Shown piece by piece: positions 48,392 through 56,459 of a DNA stretch of 64,000 bases (positions are counted from its first letter, which is position 1; each line of letters opens with the position of its first letter). Location of the stretch: the NCBI GenBank assembly GCA_013286805.1, contig JABDEY010000001.1:6051-70050 (forward strand), given 5' to 3'. The notes under the pieces are model-generated. The model saw only the letters and a list, made by a program, of their open reading frames with translations, did no database searches and was not told the origin of the DNA. Source of the stretch: Bacteroidota bacterium. Lineage in GTDB: Bacteria; Bacteroidota; Bacteroidia; JABDFU01. A program made the translations under genes and the position numbers.

Positions 48392-48709
48392 ATGAATACA
48401 CCAACTCCCCAATTCAACTCCTTCAAGGAATTCTATCCCTTTTACCTGGCCCAGCACTCCAACACAATTTGTCGCAAACTGCATTTCGTAGGACTGCTGT
48501 TGGGAATCGCATGGCTATTTGTGGTTTTATACACCGGATTAAATTCCTGGTATATACTCCTGTCCTTTCTCTCCGGATACGGATTTGGTTTCATAGGACA
48601 TTTCATGTTTGAAAAAAACAAACCGGCCACCTTCAAAAATCCCTTTTATAGTTTTGCCGGCGACATCAAAATGTTTATTGACCTGCTCACCGGCAGGATA
48701 AAATTCTGA
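48392..48709 (+). CDS. DUF962 / Mpo1-like small membrane protein
   Basis: Track ORF 105 aa with FKEFYPFYLAQHSNTICRKLHFVG, GFIGHFMFEKNKPATFKNPFYSFAGD, the characteristic DUF962 pattern. Confidence 0.75.
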   Translation: MNTPTPQFNSFKEFYPFYLAQHSNTICRKLHFVGLLLGIAWLFVVLYTGLNSWYILLSFLSGYGFGFIGHFMFEKNKPATFKNPFYSFAGDIKMFIDLLTGRIKF

Positions 48710-48768
48710 GAATTTACATCCACAAATAAATCACAAATTTTATGTGATTTTATAAATTTCAGGAGCAC

Positions 48769-49434
48769 TTATTCTTCCTCCGCTAGCTTAACAATATCCC
48801 TCACCTCCAGAACCTGCTTCTCATATCCCATTCGGGCACAATTAATCATCGCCAGGCCAACCTCCGAAAGCGAACAGACAAAATTCGGGAACACAGCTCT
48901 CAGCAAAGGATATAGCCAACTCACAACAGCATACATTTTCAAGGTATTCTTCAACCCCTTTGTAGGCTGCATATATCCAGGCCTAAACATATAAGCCTTT
49001 TTAAAAGGCAATCTCATCAACGCATTCTCCGTTTTCCCTTTTACTCTCGCCCACATTACCTTTCCCTTCTCAGTACCATCAGTAGCAGAACCCGAAACGT
49101 AGCATAAGGTCATGTCAGGATTCAGTCTTGAAAGCGTTTCCCCAACGTGTATCGTAAGCGCATAAGTCATTCGGGCATAATCAGCCTCCTTCATGCCAAC
49201 AGATGATACGCCAAGGCAAAAGAAACAGGCGTTATATCCTTTGAGTTCGCTTTCAATAGCCGAAAAGTCAAAAAAATCAGCATGAATAATCTCCTTCAGT
49301 TTAGGATGAGATACTCCGCAGGGTTTCCTGTTAATCACCAACACCTGCTCCACATCCGGATGCAGTAAGGACTCCTGCATCACACCTTCACCCACCATTC
49401 CGGTTGAACCAGTAACAATCGCTCTAATTTTCAT
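48769..49434 (-). CDS. NAD(P)H-binding atypical SDR / epimerase-like protein
   Basis: Track ORF 221 aa. Rossmann N-terminus MKIRAIVTGSTGMVGEGV (GxxGxxG). Confidence 0.7.
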   Translation of the reverse strand: MKIRAIVTGSTGMVGEGVMQESLLHPDVEQVLVINRKPCGVSHPKLKEIIHADFFDFSAIESELKGYNACFFCLGVSSVGMKEADYARMTYALTIHVGETLSRLNPDMTLCYVSGSATDGTEKGKVMWARVKGKTENALMRLPFKKAYMFRPGYMQPTKGLKNTLKMYAVVSWLYPLLRAVFPNFVCSLSEVGLAMINCARMGYEKQVLEVRDIVKLAEEE

Positions 49435-49483
49435 ACGTTCTAATGGATTAATTTGCTTTGATTAAATGAATGGGTTAATTAAG

Positions 49484-50434
49484 CTAATGCGCCTTAATCA
49501 GCAATGTAAAAACACCGCCATTGTGTATCCCTGAAAACAAACTGCTTTCAGTAGCCGCCAAAGCCTGAACATCCAGATTGCTTAATCCCGTATTAACCGC
49601 CGTCCAGCTCTTTCCATTATTGGCAGACATAAAAACACCACCCCCATTGGTTCCGGCAAATACAGAAGTCCCTGAAGCCGTCATAGCCTGAACATTATTA
49701 GCAGTGAGCCCTGTACTTACCTTAGTCCAGGTTAAGCCATTGTTAACAGAAAGAATAACACCATTTCCTGTGCCGGCAAACAGATTAGTTCCCAAAACAG
49801 CCAACGCCTGAATAGTTGGAGACGCGAGTCCGGTTGTAACTGTAGCCCAACTTACACCATTACTGGATGAAACAAAAAGGCCATTATCCGTTCCGGCAAA
49901 CAAACTAGTTCCACTAACCATCAATGCCTGCACATTCGTAGCAGTAATTCCCGTATAAACCTCTGTCCAGCTCGTCCCGTTGTTTTCAGAAACCAATACA
50001 CGACCATCCAATAAAGTGCCTGCGAAAATAGTTGTTCCCGAAACAGCCAAAGCGCCAATCTGAATAAACGAATTATTAAAGCCGGTATTTACATCCGTCC
50101 AGCTGGTCCCAAAATCAGAAGATAAAAAAACACCACCACCATTCGTTCCTGCAAATAAATTAGAACCCGCAACCGCCAAAGCATTTATTTGCAGATTAGA
50201 AATACCCGAATTAACCTCCGTCCAGTTTGCGCCGTTGTTGGAAGAAAGGAAAACCCCGACATCGGTTCCGGCAAATAATTTATTTCCTGCTGCTAAAAGG
50301 CAATTCACGTTCACCGTCCCTCCTATCGGATCACCACTCTGCTTCCATTGAGCATTGGAAAAGGGGCAAATTAAAATGAAACAGGCTAATACCAGAAACC
50401 CACCAACAGAATTAAAATAAGTTTTCATAATCAA
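49484..50434 (-). CDS. Secreted Asp-box beta-propeller repeat protein, 7 blades (paralogue of 45011..46774)
   Basis: Track ORF 316 aa with a signal peptide. Six full ~41-aa units (GVFLSSNNGANWTEVNSG..., GVFMSANNGKSWTAVNTG...) plus a split blade (N-terminal half-unit and C-terminal GVFTLLIKAH). Confidence 0.8.
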   Translation of the reverse strand: MIMKTYFNSVGGFLVLACFILICPFSNAQWKQSGDPIGGTVNVNCLLAAGNKLFAGTDVGVFLSSNNGANWTEVNSGISNLQINALAVAGSNLFAGTNGGGVFLSSDFGTSWTDVNTGFNNSFIQIGALAVSGTTIFAGTLLDGRVLVSENNGTSWTEVYTGITATNVQALMVSGTSLFAGTDNGLFVSSSNGVSWATVTTGLASPTIQALAVLGTNLFAGTGNGVILSVNNGLTWTKVSTGLTANNVQAMTASGTSVFAGTNGGGVFMSANNGKSWTAVNTGLSNLDVQALAATESSLFSGIHNGGVFTLLIKAH

Positions 50435-50552
50435 AAGATTTCGTTGGCGACAAAGGTTCGCAATATTTCATTCATTCGCAATCACGGCCCAACTGTCACT
50501 GTATTAACTTCCTTAAACCATGACACATTATTTCTTCCACCATTGCAAGGCC

Positions 50553-52649
50553 TCACTTCAAAACATTCAATCTCTCCCTCGCCCGCTCAGCAATCCCACG
50601 ATCTCCCTCCAACGCAATTCCTTTCTCATACAATTTAACAGCCTCTTTCACATCAGACTTCTCCACCAGCGTAGCCCTCGACAAAAACAGCATCGCATAA
50701 TAATTCCGGATCATCTTAGACATTCGGTCATCCAGGCCAATTGAGCCACCATCCTGCTTAACATCCAAAGGAAAATCATACCTTGAATAATCCAGCGGGG
50801 TCAATTGCTCATCACCCAAAGCACTCCTTTCATTCCTCGCCCTTACCTTATACGCCACACCATAAGGTTCCAGAAAATAGCCCTCCGTAATACCCTTTTC
50901 AAGCGGGCGCATCAACGGAAAAACAGCAGCATACACAGGCATCGACTTAGCACTCCGGTCAATAAATGAACGCACCATCGCCAGATACTTAGCCTGCAAA
51001 TCCTGACCATCATAGGTGCCACCCTCCTCGAAGGGTCTGACAGCACTAACAAAAGCATCCACTTCTGCCTTGGAAGTCTCCAAAAGCAAAGGATACCAAT
51101 TCCTCAGCATTTTTATATACCAGGTTCTTCTCAGCATTTCCACATCCACAAAACAAACACCCTTGCCCTTGTGCTCCACCCACTGATAATAAATCATTGG
51201 GAAAGTAAAAGGGTCCCAGTTCGTCAGAACGAGGGCATTTGAGCCCGCCAGCTCCAAAACATTCTTTGCATAGTATTCGCTGAAATGATACCCGCTCATA
51301 TCCTCCTTCTTCATTTGTGACACAGAAAACCAAAGACTAAAAATCAACAGTGCAGTTGCTGCAACAACCGGCCAATAGCAGCTTCCGGTGCTCCAGCTCG
51401 CATTTTCAGAGGACTTCCCACCCAGCTTTCCGGCAGACTTCCCATCCGGCCTTTCCTGCAATTTTCCAGCCATGCCTTCAGCAATAAACAAACAACCTAA
51501 AGCGACAAGCCCGGCAACATATAAATACAAAGACAGGTAAAAAACAGAAATCGTTCCTTTCATCTCCTCCATCAAATCAACGGTCCTTGCCCGCAGTAAA
51601 TTAAAATTAAGCACATACGCAACGACAGGTCCGGTAAATAAATACACCAGCAAAGAAAAATAAAACAAATTCCTCCTCAGACGGAACAAAGCCAACATAC
51701 CAACGCCAGCCAGAATAAGGGGAACCAAAGAGAACTCCTCATACAGCAATCTCCAGTGCATTTGCAACTGAGCAACCAGCAATTTCGCTGTCCTCGGCTG
51801 ATCAAATGAATACTGATGTCGCCCAATCACCCTCCAGAAATTAGTCCAGTTTTCCGGGTCACCCCAATTCATATCAGGGTTTCTGCCAGCGGCAAGAGGC
51901 AAATACAGATAAGGCAACAAACCAATGAGCAGCAAACCTAAACCCGGGCCCATTCGCTTAAAATCGAATAGCCATTTACGGTCAATCATAAAAACAAAAA
52001 GAAAACCAAGGGGAATAAAAACCAGGGAAGTATGATGATTCGTACTACTTAAACCACAAAGAAAACAATAGGAGTAAAAATAAATATCCCTTTTCCTAAC
52101 GTACCATTTCAGCAGCAGCAAAAAGAACAAAGCAGCGAACAAATCATTGATGCCATATACTTCCGTAATCACCGCCTGTTCAAAGTAAGAAGAGCCCATG
52201 CCGGCTAAAATTGCCGCAGCAAAAGCAACGGCGCAAAGCACACTTATCCGGAGATCACCAGACAATTTCTGAATTGATTTCAAAAAACTCCCAACAGTCC
52301 AAAGCAGTTCCAGTACAACAAGAGAAATAACCCCTACACCCAGAGCCGAAAAAAACGCCGACATCAGGTTCAGGCGATGAGCAACATTACCAAAAGGTAA
52401 CAGGGAAAATAATCGTCCCAACATAGAAAAAAGCGGATACCCCGGTTCATGCGGCACCCCGCCTGAAAAGGCGGCAGTAATCAACTCCCCGCTATCCTCA
52501 AACGTTACAGAAGGTGCAAGACAGAGATAATAGATAATAAAACTGAAAAGAAAAGTCAGAGAAAACAGAAGGACAGACGCAGTCCTTCCTGGAGGACTAA
52601 AGGCAACAGCTAACGCGGGATTTGCTTTTTTTAAAGGGGCACGTTTCAC
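50553..52649 (-). CDS. DUF2723 (TMEM260-like) GT-C membrane glycosyltransferase with C-terminal TPR-like region
   Basis: Track ORF 698 aa with the hallmark N-terminal block PSVTFEDSGELITAAFSGGVPHEPGYPLFSMLGRLF. It has ~11 TM helices, a soluble C-terminal domain, and a TPR-like tail (AVKLYEKGIALEGD). Confidence 0.75.
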   Translation of the reverse strand: MKRAPLKKANPALAVAFSPPGRTASVLLFSLTFLFSFIIYYLCLAPSVTFEDSGELITAAFSGGVPHEPGYPLFSMLGRLFSLLPFGNVAHRLNLMSAFFSALGVGVISLVVLELLWTVGSFLKSIQKLSGDLRISVLCAVAFAAAILAGMGSSYFEQAVITEVYGINDLFAALFFLLLLKWYVRKRDIYFYSYCFLCGLSSTNHHTSLVFIPLGFLFVFMIDRKWLFDFKRMGPGLGLLLIGLLPYLYLPLAAGRNPDMNWGDPENWTNFWRVIGRHQYSFDQPRTAKLLVAQLQMHWRLLYEEFSLVPLILAGVGMLALFRLRRNLFYFSLLVYLFTGPVVAYVLNFNLLRARTVDLMEEMKGTISVFYLSLYLYVAGLVALGCLFIAEGMAGKLQERPDGKSAGKLGGKSSENASWSTGSCYWPVVAATALLIFSLWFSVSQMKKEDMSGYHFSEYYAKNVLELAGSNALVLTNWDPFTFPMIYYQWVEHKGKGVCFVDVEMLRRTWYIKMLRNWYPLLLETSKAEVDAFVSAVRPFEEGGTYDGQDLQAKYLAMVRSFIDRSAKSMPVYAAVFPLMRPLEKGITEGYFLEPYGVAYKVRARNERSALGDEQLTPLDYSRYDFPLDVKQDGGSIGLDDRMSKMIRNYYAMLFLSRATLVEKSDVKEAVKLYEKGIALEGDRGIAERARERLNVLK

Positions 52650-52696
52650 GAATGGTAAAATATAACTCTCTAAATTACCTCTTTTTCATTTCCCCC

Positions 52697-54511
52697 TCAA
52701 TACATTACTATTTTCTTAAACAGACTCTGCTCTCCTGTCTTAATTTCAAGGATATATAAACCAGCTGCTAAGTTGTCCTTGTTCAAAATCAATTGATGCT
52801 GCCCGGCAGTTTCTGTATTGTTGCAATAAATCAATGTTCTTCTTCCAGCCAAATCAATTAACTGCAAATCCAGCGGGCCGTTTTCAGTGAGGTCCCAGCT
52901 TATGGTAAGCACATCATGAAATGGATTTGGAAAGGCCTTCAAAGAGAATGAATGGACCGGGTCATTAATTCCAGCTGACCCGGATTGGCAGGTCCAGATT
53001 GCCTGAAAGCCAGGACCAGGTACCGTTCCGGCCGATTTAAAGCGCATAGTGATGGCAGGACTTGTTCCTCCAACAGAGCCGGGAGAGTTGGTTCCGGTGT
53101 ATTTGCCTATGAGAGGTGATGCAGTAGTTGCACCGTTAAAAAGCCAGAGTGTATCCTTTCCGGCCTGCACATTGAAGGAAGAGAAACTAAGTGAAACAGA
53201 AGCGGCTCCTGGAGGCGCAATAGTATAGGTATAATCTTCCCCGTCATAATAAGGCATATGGGGGCCACCCATGTCGTAAATGGTGTCCGTACACGAAACT
53301 ACAGCACAGGAAGAAAATTTATTTTGAATGGCAGACCATAGTTCAGGATAACCATTGTCGTAACCGAGCGCCCAAATGCCAATCCCTCCGATACCACGCT
53401 GATTGACAACATCGTAACGCTTACCCATACTGTAGGCATTGTCGATCCAGGCCTGATGCCAGGCACCCGCAGTCTGATAAGCAAAATAAGGCGTGCAGCT
53501 GTTTGGTTCCCAGTGCATATTGGCAGCACTGTAATTGCCACTGGCATTGGCACGCATGGTATTATAGATCAGGGAAGTGCCGGTACCCGTAGTTGCGCTT
53601 GGTGCCGTACTTGCAGAAGTACCCCAGGACTCACCATAATAAGGAACGCCCAGCAGGAGTTTACTGTTTGGAACACCAGCCTTGAGGTAGGCAGTGATAG
53701 ATTTGGAATGATCATAATTATAAGAAGTCTGGAAATCATACAAGGGATCAGAAGGACCAGCGGTCGTACTGCCACCATAATAATAATCATAACCCATAAT
53801 TATGTACCAGTCCATTACTTTGTTCAGGTTGGGTATATCAAATACAGGGCCCCAATCCACGGCATATAAAGCAATGCTGAGTTCATAAGTTGGGCTGGCA
53901 GCTATTAACGCAGCTTTAAGCTGATTCATAAAGGCAGTAAAGTTCGCCTTATCGGTGGACGCCATGCCTTCAAAGTCAACATTAACACCCTTACCTCCTC
54001 TGCTTTTCAGCAGGGAAACAACGTTGTTGATGCAAGTAGCTTGTGCGGAAGCGCTGCCAAAAAAAGTTGTAAAACTGGCGAAAAGGGTAATGGTAATTTC
54101 AGCATTTATACCCTTGCTGAGTGCAGTAGTAACAGCAGGACTTGTAGCCCAGGCAAAAGAGGTATTACTGTTTGCTCCGGTAGTTGGGGTAACTGTATAA
54201 TCGAAATAGGCCAGATCAGTAAGGAGGTTCCATTGGAAACCAGTTTCAGTACCCGCCTCCCAGTAGGGAAACCATCCGAATACACGTTTATTTAATTGAC
54301 AGGCCGCTGCTCCCGGTTGCTCAACTTTGTTAAGTGCAGGCTCCGAAATGCCGCGCAGGCTGTCCCATTGAGACTCTTTTGTAAAATGGAAGTGGCTGTA
54401 ATATTCACTTTGCTCCTGCATAAAGGATTTATTCCTGATCTGTGCAGGGAGTGTGTAAATTCCACACTGAAGTACAAAAACGGCCAGAATACACTTTCTC
54501 AATGGAGTCAC
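52697..54511 (-). CDS. GH18 family glycoside hydrolase-like domain + CUB-like domain + T9SS type-A CTD
   Basis: Track ORF 604 aa. GH18 blocks: VFGWFPYWE, KGVNVDFEG (53967-53992; D-x-E retained, upstream Asp residues replaced by K/N), YIIMGYDYY, GIGGIGIWALGYDNG. CUB-like beta-sandwich ~52990-53293 (CTDTIYDMGG...FQAIWTC). CTD AFPNPFHDVLTI...GLYILEI...KIVMY. Confidence 0.8.
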   Translation of the reverse strand: MTPLRKCILAVFVLQCGIYTLPAQIRNKSFMQEQSEYYSHFHFTKESQWDSLRGISEPALNKVEQPGAAACQLNKRVFGWFPYWEAGTETGFQWNLLTDLAYFDYTVTPTTGANSNTSFAWATSPAVTTALSKGINAEITITLFASFTTFFGSASAQATCINNVVSLLKSRGGKGVNVDFEGMASTDKANFTAFMNQLKAALIAASPTYELSIALYAVDWGPVFDIPNLNKVMDWYIIMGYDYYYGGSTTAGPSDPLYDFQTSYNYDHSKSITAYLKAGVPNSKLLLGVPYYGESWGTSASTAPSATTGTGTSLIYNTMRANASGNYSAANMHWEPNSCTPYFAYQTAGAWHQAWIDNAYSMGKRYDVVNQRGIGGIGIWALGYDNGYPELWSAIQNKFSSCAVVSCTDTIYDMGGPHMPYYDGEDYTYTIAPPGAASVSLSFSSFNVQAGKDTLWLFNGATTASPLIGKYTGTNSPGSVGGTSPAITMRFKSAGTVPGPGFQAIWTCQSGSAGINDPVHSFSLKAFPNPFHDVLTISWDLTENGPLDLQLIDLAGRRTLIYCNNTETAGQHQLILNKDNLAAGLYILEIKTGEQSLFKKIVMY

Positions 54512-54554
54512 TATCGAATATACTAAAAAAGAAACTTATATCTAAATTACCATT

Positions 54555-54586
54555 TTTGCGCGTTCCCTGCTATTATTGTAAATTGG
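54555..54586 (+). promoter_or_regulatory. Putative Bacteroidetes-type promoter: TTTG (54555-54558) - 20 nt - TAAATTGG (54579-54586)
   Basis: The spacing and motifs approximate the -33 TTTG / -7 TAnnTTTG consensus. It lies 17 nt upstream of the ATG at 54603. Confidence 0.3.
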
Positions 54587-54602
54587 CAATATCCGAAGAC
54601 AC

Positions 54603-56459
54603 ATGAAAAAATTAATTACAATTGTTTTATTTATATTAATCCCTGCATTAAAGCCGAGTCTGTTCGCCGAAACACCTCCGGCAATAATTACACTAAATAG
54701 CCTGAATTGTGAGGTGAAGTCCAATCATGAATGCATTTACCAGATTGAGAGGGAAGTATTGGTAAATAATAAAAAAGGTCAGGAATATTCCATTCATCCC
54801 ATTTATTTCGCCAATAGAAACGAATTGCGAAAAATTTCAATTACGCTGTATGACAAAAACAAGCAATTAATCAGGAAAATTGACCCCGACGCAATGCTGC
54901 GCCATTCAGTATTCTCCTACAGTCTTTTTGAAGACAACAGCGTAGCTGAAATAAACGTTGGAAACGATACCTATCCCTATTACCTGAGTATAAAATATGA
55001 AATAAAACTGAAAGAATACCTCACTTTTCCAGAATGGGAACCTCAGCCCTTTGAAAAAATAGCTACCATTTATTCTGCTTATACTTTGACACTACCTGCT
55101 GATTTCCATTTCAACTATCGGTTCTACAATTGCCAGCCTAAGGAAGAAATCATTCCTCTGAAAGACAAAATAGTTTACAAATGGGTACTTGGAGAAATAA
55201 TGCCAATAAACCTGGAAGATTGTGCAAGACCATTTAAAATAAAAATTCCCTATGGCCTGTTTATTCCACAAACCTTTATGTATGCGGATAAAGACGGTAT
55301 ATCAGATAGCTGGGGCTTATTCGGCAAGTGGGTGTCTGATATTGAAGATGGTCTTGACTTGTTACCAGATGAAGAAATTAATAAAATTCGGGACTTAACT
55401 AAAGAGAAAAAAACGGAAGTTGAAAAGATAAGTGTATTGTATAAATATATGCAGAGAAATATCCGCTATGTAAGTGTGCAGATAGGCTCCGGGGGCTATA
55501 AAACCTATAGTGCTGCATACGTTTGTAAAAACAAATATGGGGATTGCAAGGCCATGAGTAATTACATGCATGCAATGCTCCGCGTGGCTGGTATTCCTTC
55601 GTCATTAGTCTTGGTCCGGGCGGGAGAAAATGAACCTGAAATTGACACATCCTTTGTTTATCCTGGAGATTTCAACCATTGCATACTTTGCATTCCTCTT
55701 AAAAATGACACCGTCTGGCTGGAATGCACAAGTTCAAACAATCCACCTAATTATTTAGGCACGTTCACAGCTGGAAAACAGGTATTGATAATTAACGGAA
55801 ACAAAAGCACATTAAAGAGCACTCCAAAATATGGTAAAGACAGGAATTTTATCCATGTAAAAAGCGAGGTGGAGATAAAAAAAGACCAAACCTGGTCCAT
55901 TACTGTTTCCAAACAATACAATGGCTACGAAACGGATGAAATAAGGAACAGGGTAAGAACACTACCGGATGAAAAACTAAAAAAGTGGTTTATTAATTCC
56001 CAACCCTATCAGGAAATCGCCTTGAAATCTATCCAATATACCTGCAATGACAGTTTTCCGCTGGTTACCGGGAATATAAGTTTTACCTGCAGAAGAAAAG
56101 CAGGGCCAACCCCCGTCCATGCTACAATGACCAAACTCTCTGATTACTGTCCTATCTCAAAACAAAACAGGACGGAAGACATTTTTATTCCAAACAGTTA
56201 CGAATATACGGATACGACTATCTTTACTTTTCCGTTAGAATATAAACTACTCGCTCTGCCCTCCTCCAGGGAAATTTCAGCACGCTTTGGAAGCTATAGC
56301 AAAAAAGTAATTCAGGAGAAAAATAGTGTGATGATTGTTCGTACACTTTCGAAGAACAGTGGAACCTATTCCAAAGAGCACATTCCGGAATTCAACGAAT
56401 TCAGTACAGGAATTAACAAGCTGGAAAATGAAGAAGTAGTCTATTCTGCCAATGAATAA
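54603..56459 (+). CDS. DUF3857 + transglutaminase-like (Cys-His intact) domain protein, secreted
   Basis: Track ORF 618 aa with a signal peptide. The transglutaminase core is KYGDCKAMSNYMHAMLRVAGIPSSLV (catalytic Cys) ...GDFNHCILCI (His). The N-terminal beta-rich region resembles DUF3857. Confidence 0.7.
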   Translation: MKKLITIVLFILIPALKPSLFAETPPAIITLNSLNCEVKSNHECIYQIEREVLVNNKKGQEYSIHPIYFANRNELRKISITLYDKNKQLIRKIDPDAMLRHSVFSYSLFEDNSVAEINVGNDTYPYYLSIKYEIKLKEYLTFPEWEPQPFEKIATIYSAYTLTLPADFHFNYRFYNCQPKEEIIPLKDKIVYKWVLGEIMPINLEDCARPFKIKIPYGLFIPQTFMYADKDGISDSWGLFGKWVSDIEDGLDLLPDEEINKIRDLTKEKKTEVEKISVLYKYMQRNIRYVSVQIGSGGYKTYSAAYVCKNKYGDCKAMSNYMHAMLRVAGIPSSLVLVRAGENEPEIDTSFVYPGDFNHCILCIPLKNDTVWLECTSSNNPPNYLGTFTAGKQVLIINGNKSTLKSTPKYGKDRNFIHVKSEVEIKKDQTWSITVSKQYNGYETDEIRNRVRTLPDEKLKKWFINSQPYQEIALKSIQYTCNDSFPLVTGNISFTCRRKAGPTPVHATMTKLSDYCPISKQNRTEDIFIPNSYEYTDTTIFTFPLEYKLLALPSSREISARFGSYSKKVIQEKNSVMIVRTLSKNSGTYSKEHIPEFNEFSTGINKLENEEVVYSANE

